Assembly: GCA_031390175.1 (NCBI GenBank)
Contig: JANMTF010000195.1
Location: 12,941 to 76,940 of the forward strand
Reading direction: 5' to 3'
Source: Polaromonas sp.
GTDB taxonomy: Bacteria; Pseudomonadota; Gammaproteobacteria; Burkholderiales; Burkholderiaceae_C
DNA: 64,000 bases
Under the pieces are notes generated by a model. It was not told the DNA's origin and did no database searches. It saw only the letters and a list, made by a program, of their open reading frames with translations. A program made the translations under genes and the position numbers. Shown piece after piece: positions 39,528 to 48,194 of the stretch. Within the stretch, counting starts at the first letter, position 1, and every line of letters begins with the position of its first letter.

Positions 39528-41834
39528 TCAACCAAAACCCACTTGCCCGCCGTCGTTCTTGGTCACCACAATGGTGGCTGAGCGTGGGCGCTTGGGCACG
39601 GCTCCGGCTGCGCCTTTGCTGGCATCGGGCCAGTAGCTGGTCCACTTGCTGGGATCGGCCAGGTTGGCTTGCGACGTGTCTTCGCCGGGGTGCTGGATGT
39701 TGACGAAGATGGCTTTGCCGTCGGGAGTTTCGGCAATACCGGTGACCTCGGCTTCCAGCGGGCCGACCAGGAAGCGCTTGAGTTCGGCTGCGCTGGGTTT
39801 TTTGCCTACGTAGGTTTCTACGGTTTTGGCGGCGATGGCGGGGGCTGTAGCGGTAGCCGCTAAGGCCGGATAGTTGATGGCTGTTTTGGCACCATCGCCA
39901 CGCGTACCGGGCAGGCCGCCCAGCAGCATGCAGTTGGTCACGTCGGTGTAGCGGCCGTCGTCGGTTTGCACCCAACAGATGCCGGTGGATTGGCTGAACC
40001 ACAGACCATCGGGGCTGGAGAAATCATTGTCAGCCGTCAGGCCCGACAGGTTGACGCTGGCACCGTCTGCACCTGCCTCGGCACCAAAGAGGTACACGTC
40101 CCAGTTAAAGCTGGTGGCTGCGGGGTCTGCTGCGGCTTCGGAGAAGCGCAAGATGTGGCCGTTGACATTGCCACGGTTGGTCACGGGAGGGGTCGCGCTG
40201 CCGTAGGTGTCGCTGTAGGCGCGGGGGTTGGCCGGGTCGGCTGTGGCCGAGGTGCGCGACGAGTTGTTGGTCATGGCCATGTACACGTCATTGTTCTTCG
40301 GGTTGACTGCACCCCACTCCGGGCGGTCCATCTTGGTGGCACCCACTGCATCGGCGGCCAGGCGGGTGTTGAGCGTCACATCCAGCTGGTCGGCAAAGGC
40401 GTATGCGGTGTTGGCTTTGATGGCGGCGTTGTCGAAGCTCAAAGCAATCCAGCTCCCGGTGCCGTCGGCATTGAACCTGGCTACATACAACGTGCCCTCG
40501 TCAAAGTACTTGTCACCAATGGCCATGCGGTTGGTGGCGCTACCGTCTGCCGCATTCCAGGTGGCTTTGGAGACAAACTTGTACATGTACTCGTTGTTCG
40601 AGTCGTCGCCCATGTAGACAGCGATGGCCTTGCCCTGCACGGGCTTGGGCATGACGGCGGCCTCGTGGGCGAAGCGGCCCATGGCAGTGCGTTTTTTGAT
40701 GGCGGCGGTTTTGTCATACGGGTCGATTTCGACCACATAACCAAAGGTGTTGGCGATGTTACGGTAGTCGTCGCTGCCATCCGTCGATACGCCCAGACTG
40801 CTCATGTCCCAGCGCTGGTACAGGTCACCCGTGCGGTCGGCTTCCCAGCCGTAGCGGCTGGCGACGTTGGACTCTACGCCAGTGGTAGCGTTGACAACCC
40901 TGCTGCGGCCATAACGGTTGATACTGACGATTTCTTTGGCACTGCGTTTGGCGTTGTCGCCCGCTGCGCGGAAAAAATAACCCGCCCAGTTTTCTTCACA
41001 GGTTAAGAAGGTACCCCAGTAGCTGTAGCCGGTGCCGCAGTTGTTTTGCGTGCCACGGGTTTGCACGCCCGTGGGTGAGAATGTGGTCTTCATGGCGGCG
41101 CTGCCGCGCAAGGGGCCAGACAGCTCCATGGTGGTGGTGGGCGTGATGCGGCGGTTGTAGGTGGAGTCGACTGGATATTCCCACTTGCCGTTGGTGAGCT
41201 TGACCTCGATGACGGCGCAGCCATGCACGGCGACCTCTTTGTCTACCTCGGCTTTAGGGCGGACGCCCGTGGTGGGGCCGTTGGGGTGCAGCCAATTCTG
41301 CACCATGTATTCGTGGTTCATGGCCAGCAGGCCGCGTGTGGAACCCAAGGGATCACGCGCTGTCCCTGCGCCGTTCAAGCCGAAGTATTCAATGCCGTCG
41401 TGGCAGTCGCCACTGCGTTTGTCCATGTCGGTGTCGGTGCCGTCGTTTTTATAGGCGGCCAGGCCAGCGACGAGAGGATCGCCGGTGCGGTAGATGGTGG
41501 TCGATGTGTAACCTGCTGCCACTGTGATGGTATCGGTCAGATTTTTTGGTACCACGGCAAAGCCCAAAGGCTTCAGTACTGGAGCTGCTGGAGCCGGTGC
41601 GGGTGCTGGCGGCGCGGCGGCCACGGTATCGTCACTGCCGCCACAGGCTGCCAGGGCGATGCTGCCGAAGATGGCGCTGGCACCCGTACCGACAGCGCCT
41701 TTGAACAACGCGCGGCGACCCAGACGGGCTTGCAGTACGCTGTCAAAGTGGGTGTTAGAGCTGGTGTTGTTAATGTGGTCGTCAGCATCGACAACATCTA
41801 CGGGGGCGGGAGCAGGCTTGAAAATCGCGTTCAT
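39528..41834 (-). CDS. phoX: PhoX-family alkaline phosphatase with Tat signal and lipobox
   Basis: Start at MNAIFKP. It has the twin-arginine motif LGRRALFKG and the lipobox LAACGG. The long beta-propeller-like body (768 aa) has an overall pattern typical of PhoX/DUF839. Confidence 0.8.
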   Translation of the reverse strand: MNAIFKPAPAPVDVVDADDHINNTSSNTHFDSVLQARLGRRALFKGAVGTGASAIFGSIALAACGGSDDTVAAAPPAPAPAPAAPVLKPLGFAVVPKNLTDTITVAAGYTSTTIYRTGDPLVAGLAAYKNDGTDTDMDKRSGDCHDGIEYFGLNGAGTARDPLGSTRGLLAMNHEYMVQNWLHPNGPTTGVRPKAEVDKEVAVHGCAVIEVKLTNGKWEYPVDSTYNRRITPTTTMELSGPLRGSAAMKTTFSPTGVQTRGTQNNCGTGYSYWGTFLTCEENWAGYFFRAAGDNAKRSAKEIVSINRYGRSRVVNATTGVESNVASRYGWEADRTGDLYQRWDMSSLGVSTDGSDDYRNIANTFGYVVEIDPYDKTAAIKKRTAMGRFAHEAAVMPKPVQGKAIAVYMGDDSNNEYMYKFVSKATWNAADGSATNRMAIGDKYFDEGTLYVARFNADGTGSWIALSFDNAAIKANTAYAFADQLDVTLNTRLAADAVGATKMDRPEWGAVNPKNNDVYMAMTNNSSRTSATADPANPRAYSDTYGSATPPVTNRGNVNGHILRFSEAAADPAATSFNWDVYLFGAEAGADGASVNLSGLTADNDFSSPDGLWFSQSTGICWVQTDDGRYTDVTNCMLLGGLPGTRGDGAKTAINYPALAATATAPAIAAKTVETYVGKKPSAAELKRFLVGPLEAEVTGIAETPDGKAIFVNIQHPGEDTSQANLADPSKWTSYWPDASKGAAGAVPKRPRSATIVVTKNDGGQVGFG

Positions 41835-41937
41835 GGCTAGGGTGTCCTTGGTTGTTGGTAAAACCACTATCATCGAATGGACGTGTGAAAGCTACATGAC
41901 ACTCTTGTGAAGAATTGATGACGCGCGCCCCAGCCCC

Positions 41938-43851
41938 TTACCGCATCAAGCGCAGTACCTCGTCCCCATAGGCTTCCAGTTTTTTCGCCCCCATGCCACT
42001 GATGCCCGACAGCTGTGCCAAAGACTGCGGCGCGAGTGTGGCAATCGAGATCAAAGTGGCATCGTGGAAGATCACATAGGCAGGCAGATTGTGCTCTTTG
42101 GCCACTTCGGCGCGCCAGGCTTTGAGGGCGGCAAAGCGTTCGCGGGCCCCCAGGTTCATGTCGGCAGTGGCTTTTTCTTTGTTGATTTTGTCTTGGATAG
42201 ACTTCTCGCTGGATGCCTTGCGCGACGAGGCGGTGGCGCGCTCGGTCACGGCCTCGCGCACTTCGAGCTTGTGGTCGCTGCGCAAAAACTCCTTGGCCGC
42301 TGCGGTGAGCTGCAAGGTATTGAAGGCTTCAGCGTTCACGTTGATCATGCCCAGCGCGATGAGTTGCCTGAACACGCTGCGCCACTGCTGCTCGCCTACA
42401 TCCGCACCAATGCCGAAGGTGCTGAGTGTGCTGTGGTTGAACTGCGCCATTTTGTCGGTGGTTTTGCCGCGCAGAATGTCAATCAAGTGGCCTGCACCAA
42501 AGCTGATGCCACTGGCTTGCTGCACGCGGAAGATGCAACTAATGGCTTTGCGTGCCGCCTCGGTGGCGTCCCACACCGCCGCCGGGCTCATGCAGTTGTC
42601 GCAGTTGCCACACCTGAAACTCAAACGTTTGCCGTCGCCATCCAACTCACCCGTGACCTTCTGGTCGAAGTAACCGAGCAGCCGCCCCCGGCGGCAATCC
42701 ATGGCCTCTGACAATGCCAACAGCGCATCGAGCTTGCCGCGCATCACCTGTTTGTAGGTCTCGCCTGCGGGGCTCTCATCGATCATGCGGCGCTGGTTCA
42801 CCACGTCTTGCAAGCCGTAGCACATCCAGGCGTTGGCGGGTTCGCCGTCGCGGCCTGCTCTGCCGGTTTCTTGGTAGTAGCCTTCGATGTTTTTGGGCAT
42901 GTCCAGATGGGCGACAAAGCGCACGTCGGGTTTGTCAATGCCCATGCCAAAAGCGATGGTGGCCACCATCACCACCGCCTCGCCCAGCGTGCCGTCGCTG
43001 CGCAAAAACGCATCCTGGTTGGCTTGGCGCACGGCACGGTCTAGCCCGGCATGGTAGGGCAGGGCGCGCACGCCGTGCTCGCAAAGCATATCGGCCACCT
43101 CTTCCACCCGTTTGCGCGACTGGCAGTACACAATGCCTGCGTCGCCGGTGTGTTCGGTATCGATAAAGCGCAGCAGCTGTTTACGCGGGTCGTTCTTCTC
43201 GACTATTTTGTAGCGGATGTTCGGGCGGTCAAAGCTGGAGACGAACTGCTTGGCATCCTGCAGTTGCAGTCGCTCGACAATGTCGCTGCGCGTCAGCGCA
43301 TCGGCGGTAGCGGTAAGGGCTACCCGCGGTGTGCTGGGGAAACGTTCGTGCAGCACCGTGAGCGAGCGGTATTCGGGCCTGAAATCATGCCCCCACTGGC
43401 TCACGCAATGCGCCTCGTCAATGGCAAACAGGCTGAGCTGACCGCGCTCGTAGAGCGAGTCCATCAGCGCCAAAAAGCGCGCATTGGTCACCCGCTCGGG
43501 CGCGGCGTACAGCAGGGTGATCTCGCCGCGCAGCAGCTTTTGCTCGACCGCATTGGCCTCTTGCCCGGTAAGGGTGGAGTTGAGAAACGCGGCCTCTACG
43601 CCCGCCTCGTGCAAAGCGCCCACCTGGTCGTGCATCAGCGCAATCAGCGGCGAAACGACGACCGTAATGCCTTTGCCCAACTGCTGGCGTGCGATGGCGG
43701 GGATTTGAAAGCACAGCGACTTGCCGCTGCCGGTGGGCATCAGCACCAGCGCGTCGCCACCGTGGATAAGGTGCTCTATCGCCGCCTCTTGGTGCCCACG
43801 GAAAGCGGAGTAGCCAAAAACGTCGTGGAGGATGGTGTGCGGGAGAGACAA
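41938..43851 (-). CDS. recQ: ATP-dependent DNA helicase RecQ
   Basis: FGYSAFRGHQEAAI...MPTGSGKSLCFQIPA...DEAHCVSQWGHDFRP, followed by a zinc-binding region and a C-terminal HRDC domain. Confidence 0.95.
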   Translation of the reverse strand: MSLPHTILHDVFGYSAFRGHQEAAIEHLIHGGDALVLMPTGSGKSLCFQIPAIARQQLGKGITVVVSPLIALMHDQVGALHEAGVEAAFLNSTLTGQEANAVEQKLLRGEITLLYAAPERVTNARFLALMDSLYERGQLSLFAIDEAHCVSQWGHDFRPEYRSLTVLHERFPSTPRVALTATADALTRSDIVERLQLQDAKQFVSSFDRPNIRYKIVEKNDPRKQLLRFIDTEHTGDAGIVYCQSRKRVEEVADMLCEHGVRALPYHAGLDRAVRQANQDAFLRSDGTLGEAVVMVATIAFGMGIDKPDVRFVAHLDMPKNIEGYYQETGRAGRDGEPANAWMCYGLQDVVNQRRMIDESPAGETYKQVMRGKLDALLALSEAMDCRRGRLLGYFDQKVTGELDGDGKRLSFRCGNCDNCMSPAAVWDATEAARKAISCIFRVQQASGISFGAGHLIDILRGKTTDKMAQFNHSTLSTFGIGADVGEQQWRSVFRQLIALGMINVNAEAFNTLQLTAAAKEFLRSDHKLEVREAVTERATASSRKASSEKSIQDKINKEKATADMNLGARERFAALKAWRAEVAKEHNLPAYVIFHDATLISIATLAPQSLAQLSGISGMGAKKLEAYGDEVLRLMR

Positions 43852-43892
43852 AGCGTGAACAACTCAAAAAAATGAAACAATATCGCTACTAA

Positions 43893-43940
43893 TAAAATAG
43901 CTGTTCCCGCAATATTCTATGGGGCTAGAGCTCTATTTTA
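43893..43940 (+). repeat. Family-1 dispersed element copy (gst-recQ intergenic)
   Basis: TAAAATAGCTGTTCCCGCAATATTCTATGGGGCTAGAGCTCTATTTTA, with complementary AAAATAG/CTATTTT flanks. Confidence 0.85.
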
Positions 43941-43981
43941 ATGGATGAAAGGGCGTGGATTGAGGTTTACTTGCACTGCGC

Positions 43982-44644
43982 TTATGCAGCGCCCGCGTAC
44001 AAGTTGAGCTGCAAGCGCTCACGCTCTATCACCCGCGCCACGGCTGGCAGGGCGGCCAGTTTTTGCACATGCGCCCATGCGGCGCTAAAGCCTGCGGGAT
44101 TAATACCCGCTATGCTGCCCCAGCGCAATAAAGTGAGGGTATAGCAGTCCAACGGGCCAAGGGTGTGACCCGCCAGAAATGCTTGGCCTTGCCTTTGGGC
44201 AGCTGCCGCCAACGCGTCTATTTCGGCCAGTTGCTTGGCAAACAACTGGGCGTTGTAGGTTTTCAGCTCGGGATGCAGCGCCGGATTGTCGGTGAACTTT
44301 TGCGGCATAAAAATATGCGTGAAGGTAGGGTGCACGGTATTGTTCATCCACGCCAGGGTTTGCAGCATGCGTGCTTTGGCCAAAGGCTGGCTGGGCACAT
44401 ACTGCATCTGCGGGTACTGGTCACTCAGATAGCCTACGATGGCAACGATTTGCGTAATGGTTTGCCCGCCATCCACCAATACCGGCACCTGACCACGCGG
44501 GTTGATGGCCTGGTAAGCCTCGCCATTTTGCTCACCCTTGTGCAGCTTGACCATGATGGGTTCATAGGCTGCCCCCGAGGCTTCGAGCAATACATGCGGT
44601 ACAAACGAGCATGCGCCTGGCGCAAAATACAGCTGGGGTGACAT
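43982..44644 (-). CDS. Glutathione S-transferase
   Basis: MSPQLYFAPGACSFVPHVLLEASGAAYEP...INPRGQVPVL matches the GST N-terminal thioredoxin-like fold pattern. Confidence 0.85.
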   Translation of the reverse strand: MSPQLYFAPGACSFVPHVLLEASGAAYEPIMVKLHKGEQNGEAYQAINPRGQVPVLVDGGQTITQIVAIVGYLSDQYPQMQYVPSQPLAKARMLQTLAWMNNTVHPTFTHIFMPQKFTDNPALHPELKTYNAQLFAKQLAEIDALAAAAQRQGQAFLAGHTLGPLDCYTLTLLRWGSIAGINPAGFSAAWAHVQKLAALPAVARVIERERLQLNLYAGAA

Positions 44645-44744
44645 GGGTAAACTCCGGTAGTGAAGCCGCTGATTTTAAGGCCGTTTACGTCACGGTAACA
44701 CCGTTGGCGATCTGCTTAAAGGGTAGTTTTATATGCCGTTTATG

Positions 44745-44790
44745 CCCCTAAACCTCTAGAACATTGCGCAAGCAGCTATGAAATTAATAG
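44745..44790 (-). repeat. Family-1 dispersed element copy overlapping the 44778 start codon
   Basis: CCCTAAACCTCTAGAACATTGCGCAAGCAGCTATGAAATTAATAG. The ATG of the YchJ-like ORF lies in the AGCAGCTATG part of the core. Confidence 0.7.
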
Positions 44791-45221
44791 TATCTGAAAA
44801 AACCTGTCCATGCCGTCAGCGAGAGGAGGTGCCGACGGCCTACGCTCAGTGCTGTCAGCCGTGGCACCAGGGCTTGCAGCATGCAGTGCATGCCACTACG
44901 CCCGAGCAGTTGATGCGCTCGCGCTACAGCGCCTATGCACTGGCTACCCACAACAACCCTCAAGGCCACACCATGCTGGCCTACGTGCAGGCCACTTGGC
45001 ACCACGGCAGCGCGCCGGGTGATTGGGAATTCTCCCCCATCCAGTGGACGGGCTTGGAAGTTCTCAACTCCGAACAATCGCAGGACGCGGGCATTGTGGA
45101 GTTTGTCGCCTATTACAAAGAGAACGGCAAAGCGCACAAGATGCACGAAATCAGCCGCTTTGTCCGCAGCGACGACGGCGCGCGGTGGTTGTACATTGAT
45201 GGACAAGCGGGCCAAGCCTAA
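44778..45221 (+). CDS. YchJ-family (UPF0225, SEC-C-motif) protein
   Basis: CPCRQ...AYAQCCQPWH...PEQLMRSRYSAYAL...W.GLEV......G.VEFVAYYKENGK...HEISRFVR.DG.WLYIDG. Confidence 0.75.
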   Translation: MKLIVSEKTCPCRQREEVPTAYAQCCQPWHQGLQHAVHATTPEQLMRSRYSAYALATHNNPQGHTMLAYVQATWHHGSAPGDWEFSPIQWTGLEVLNSEQSQDAGIVEFVAYYKENGKAHKMHEISRFVRSDDGARWLYIDGQAGQA

Positions 45222-45248
45222 GCCCCTGATGGGCCAAACCTGTCGTAG

Positions 45249-45782
45249 CTAGTCTTGCGGCTCAAGCAGTATGGACACTGCGCTGGCATTGGTGTGCCAA
45301 TGCTGTGTGCGGGATGTATGGCGGCGCAGGTCGCTTAAAAATGCTGCCATTTCCAATAAGTTGCAACCGTTGCGCCAACCAACCGCACGGTTCGGAAACA
45401 TGCGCACCCGTGCGCGGGCATCGGTCATCAACACATGCCATTGGCGCGGGCGAAGGTGCAAACGAATGGCTTGTGTGATCGCCTCTACTTCTGGCTCAAC
45501 GCCTTCAAAAAGACAAATCCACCGGTCACTCCCAGCCATGACGATACCGGTAATGCTGCTGGCCGTGTCCAACGCACACATCGCCTCCACCCAAGCCTGG
45601 ATGTCAGACATGGGCGTAAGCGGGTTGTTGACGCTTAAGAAAACCGTCTTTTGAATCAGCTGTGCGGAACGCACCATAAGGCAGTATGTTTCATTCGGCG
45701 CTTCTTGATTTGCGGGCCGGGGAATTGTCAAAATTGAACTTGGTGACTGGTGCAAGTTTGGACTGCACATGCACTGTTTCAA
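45249..45782 (-). CDS. BLUF-like domain protein (apparently degenerate flavin site)
   Basis: YCLMVRSAQ...ITGIVMAGSDRWICLFEGVEPEVEAITQAIRLHLRPRQWHVLMTD...RMFPNRAVGW follows the BLUF pattern Y.L.Y.S...ITG.L.....F.Q.LEG....V..L...I..D.RH..V. The start is uncertain. Confidence 0.55.
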   Translation of the reverse strand: MKQCMCSPNLHQSPSSILTIPRPANQEAPNETYCLMVRSAQLIQKTVFLSVNNPLTPMSDIQAWVEAMCALDTASSITGIVMAGSDRWICLFEGVEPEVEAITQAIRLHLRPRQWHVLMTDARARVRMFPNRAVGWRNGCNLLEMAAFLSDLRRHTSRTQHWHTNASAVSILLEPQD

Positions 45783-45954
45783 TGCATTAACGACGTGTAT
45801 TAATGAATATTTGACGATGCAATGCCGTTACTTTAATGCGCTTTACGAGTGATAAATGTCACGTAAGTTAGGAGTAACTTCTCTATTTTTGCAAGCGCGC
45901 AGTCATACTTTAGTTTGCAAAAATATGCGGCACCGCCTACCAAGCGTTAACGAC

Positions 45955-46455
45955 TCAGGCCTTCTGCACACGTTCAGCGTAGCGGTTAAACCGCCATGCA
46001 CTGCCTTCTAGCGTAATGCGTTGCCACACCGCTCGCTTAGCGGCCGGGGCCAGCTCTGGCCAGTGTTGTACCTCGCCAAAGCTGCGCCCACAGCCTTTGC
46101 AGAAGTCGTCACCTTGGCTGGTGGAGCAAATGGCGATGCAAGGTGTATCGGGCGTGCTCTCGTACCACAACAGCCAAGCGGCGTAGGCCTTGCGGGGCAT
46201 GCTGCGCTCGTCCGCCCTGTCTTGGTGGTAAAAAACCAACAAGGCATACACCTCTGCCAAAGCGCGCAACTCGGGTGCCAAGGTAATGCCATCGGGTGAA
46301 GGCGCGCGTGCACGCCAATAGTTAATGGCTGCTTCTATGTCGGTGATGTGGATGCCCAAGCTGCTTGGGCCGCTGGAAACAGGCGCGGCAACGGAGCTAG
46401 TGGGCGTATGGAGGGCTATCGTGGACATGGGAATCGGATGATACCGCGCTGTCAC
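45955..46455 (-). CDS. Hypothetical protein with C-terminal DUF1289-like Cys motif
   Basis: PCIAICSTSQGDDFCKGCGRSFGEVQHWPEL resembles the C.G.C......C.GC.R...E...W motif. The N-terminal half (IHITDIEAAINYWRARAP) is of unknown function. Confidence 0.6.
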   Translation of the reverse strand: MTARYHPIPMSTIALHTPTSSVAAPVSSGPSSLGIHITDIEAAINYWRARAPSPDGITLAPELRALAEVYALLVFYHQDRADERSMPRKAYAAWLLWYESTPDTPCIAICSTSQGDDFCKGCGRSFGEVQHWPELAPAAKRAVWQRITLEGSAWRFNRYAERVQKA

Positions 46456-46487
46456 CCAGCTGCGCCGCTTTAGGGCTTAGATACTTC

Positions 46488-47447
46488 TTAGGGAAGAGTC
46501 TTGGGAGATGTCCTCACACTCCACAGCATAGTGATGGCCAGTACCGCCACTACAACACCTAGCGACACCAACACCGGAATCTTGAACACATCGATCAACA
46601 CCATCTTGGTCCCGATAAATACCAACACCACGGCCAGGCCATAAGTGAGCAAATGGAACTTGCTGGCCACCGCAGCGAGCAAAAAGTACATCGCCCGCAG
46701 GCCCAGAATGGCAAACACATTGGAGGTCAACACAATGAAAGGGTCGCTGGTGATGGCAAAAATGGCAGGGATCGAGTCCACCGCAAAGATCACGTCCGTC
46801 AGACCTACCAGACAGATCACCATGAACAGCGGTGTGGCAATTTTTTTGCCGTTTTCCACGGTCCAAAATTTCTCGCCATCGTAGTTTTTACTGACCGGCA
46901 AAATGCGGCGCAGCAGCTTGAGCGCCGGGTTGTCGTCCAGCGACTGCTCTTTGCCTGCAGCCCACCACATCTTGATGCCAGTGAGAATAAGGAAAGCCCC
47001 GAACACGTACAAAATCCAGTGGAACTGCTGGAGCAACCAGCCGCCGACCAAGATCATGATGGTGCGCAGCACGATGGCACCGATGATGCCGATCATCAGC
47101 ACCCGTTTTTGGTAGACCGCTGGCACGGCAAAATAGGTAAAGATCATCAAGAAAACAAAGATGTTGTCTACTGCCAGCGATTTCTCGATCAGATAGCCGG
47201 TAAGAAACTCCAGCGCCTTGGTGGTGGCTATTGCAGGATCGCCCGTGGTGTCTTTTACAGCCCACCAGAACAGGGCGTTGAACGTCAAACTGGCCAGCAC
47301 CCAAATGATGGACCACTGCATGGCTTCTTTGACACCGACCTCGTGGGCGCCTTGTTTTTTAAGCACCACAAAATCAATAAACAGCGCCACCAGAACGACA
47401 GCGATAAATGCGGCCCATAGCCACAGAGGAGCAATTGTTTGCATCAC
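46488..47447 (-). CDS. TerC-family integral membrane protein (Alx-like)
   Basis: 319 aa, polytopic. YLIEKSLAVDNIFVF and AVDSIPAIFAIT match TerC signature repeats. Confidence 0.88.
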   Translation of the reverse strand: MMQTIAPLWLWAAFIAVVLVALFIDFVVLKKQGAHEVGVKEAMQWSIIWVLASLTFNALFWWAVKDTTGDPAIATTKALEFLTGYLIEKSLAVDNIFVFLMIFTYFAVPAVYQKRVLMIGIIGAIVLRTIMILVGGWLLQQFHWILYVFGAFLILTGIKMWWAAGKEQSLDDNPALKLLRRILPVSKNYDGEKFWTVENGKKIATPLFMVICLVGLTDVIFAVDSIPAIFAITSDPFIVLTSNVFAILGLRAMYFLLAAVASKFHLLTYGLAVVLVFIGTKMVLIDVFKIPVLVSLGVVVAVLAITMLWSVRTSPKTLP

Positions 47448-47478
47448 GAAACTTTTTAGTTGACGGAGTTAGAGGTAA

Positions 47479-47645
47479 CTCCGAAAGGTCTTGCGGGGTG
47501 GCAACGCATGCGCATGAAGGCATGTGTTTTGATGGCTTCCCGTGCTCCGGCTGTTATTAAAATAATAGCAACGTACTGACGAAACACGGGCACTGCAATG
47601 CTTTTTACTGTAAAGCTTTGGAGCGCGCTACTCCCCTTTCGGTGA
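47479..47645 (-). ncRNA. yybP-ykoY (Mn2+-responsive) riboswitch in the TerC leader
   Basis: The minus-strand RNA reads CACCGAAAGGGGAGUAGCGCG...(variable insert)...CCGCAAGACCUUUCGGAG. Both conserved halves are present (AAAGGGGAGUAGC and GCAAGACCUUUC), with a CCGAAAGG/CCUUUCGG closing helix. A GGAGUUA-CCUC-UAACUCC hairpin follows, just upstream of the start codon. Confidence 0.75.
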
Positions 47646-47755
47646 AACAATTATGCAGTAATTCGCCACCGCACCTGGTAGCCCTACGCCGTTGGAGGCT
47701 ATTGCTCGCCAGCACCGTGAGCTGCGCGCCTTGGGCGCGATGCTATGCTCCGGGT

Positions 47756-48109
47756 ATGAAATTACTCATTAAATGGCTGCTCAGTGCCATGGCCTTGCTG
47801 GCTGTGGCACACTTTTATTCCGGCGTAACGGTTCAAAGTTTCACAGCCGCTTTGATCGCTGCCTTTGTGATTGGCCTGCTCAACACGATTGTGCGGCCCA
47901 TCTTGGTGGTGCTCACCTTGCCGGTCACCATCATTTCCCTGGGCTTGTTTTTGTTCGTCATCAACGCGCTGATGTTTTGGGCAGCGTCGAGCCTGCTGGA
48001 GGGCTTTCAGGTGCGTGATTTCACCGCTGCTTTGGTGGGCTCGCTACTGTACTCCGTGGCGGGTATGGTGATCGAGGCGGCCTTGGAGCGGGTGTTCAAG
48101 AAGGCGTAA
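47756..48109 (+). CDS. Small four-helix membrane protein (phage-holin-4_2 / YvlD-like family)
   Basis: The internal ATG gives MKLLIKWLLSAMALLAVAHFYSGVTVQSFTAALIAAFVIGLLNTIVRPILVVLTLPVTIISLGLFLFVINALMFW. Confidence 0.75.
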   Translation: MKLLIKWLLSAMALLAVAHFYSGVTVQSFTAALIAAFVIGLLNTIVRPILVVLTLPVTIISLGLFLFVINALMFWAASSLLEGFQVRDFTAALVGSLLYSVAGMVIEAALERVFKKA

Positions 48110-48194
48110 TGCCCCTTTGCGGCATACCGGCGCAGCCAGCGCTGTAGCAGAGCAAGGCGGCGGGACAGAACATCGTGCTGATCTGTTAGCAGAG

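Noticed and set aside
39966-41006. 346-aa plus-strand ORF
   Set aside because: It is antisense to phoX. It is Gly/Val/Ala-rich, typical of GC-rich shadow frames.
43051-43875. 274-aa plus-strand ORF
   Set aside because: It is antisense to recQ.
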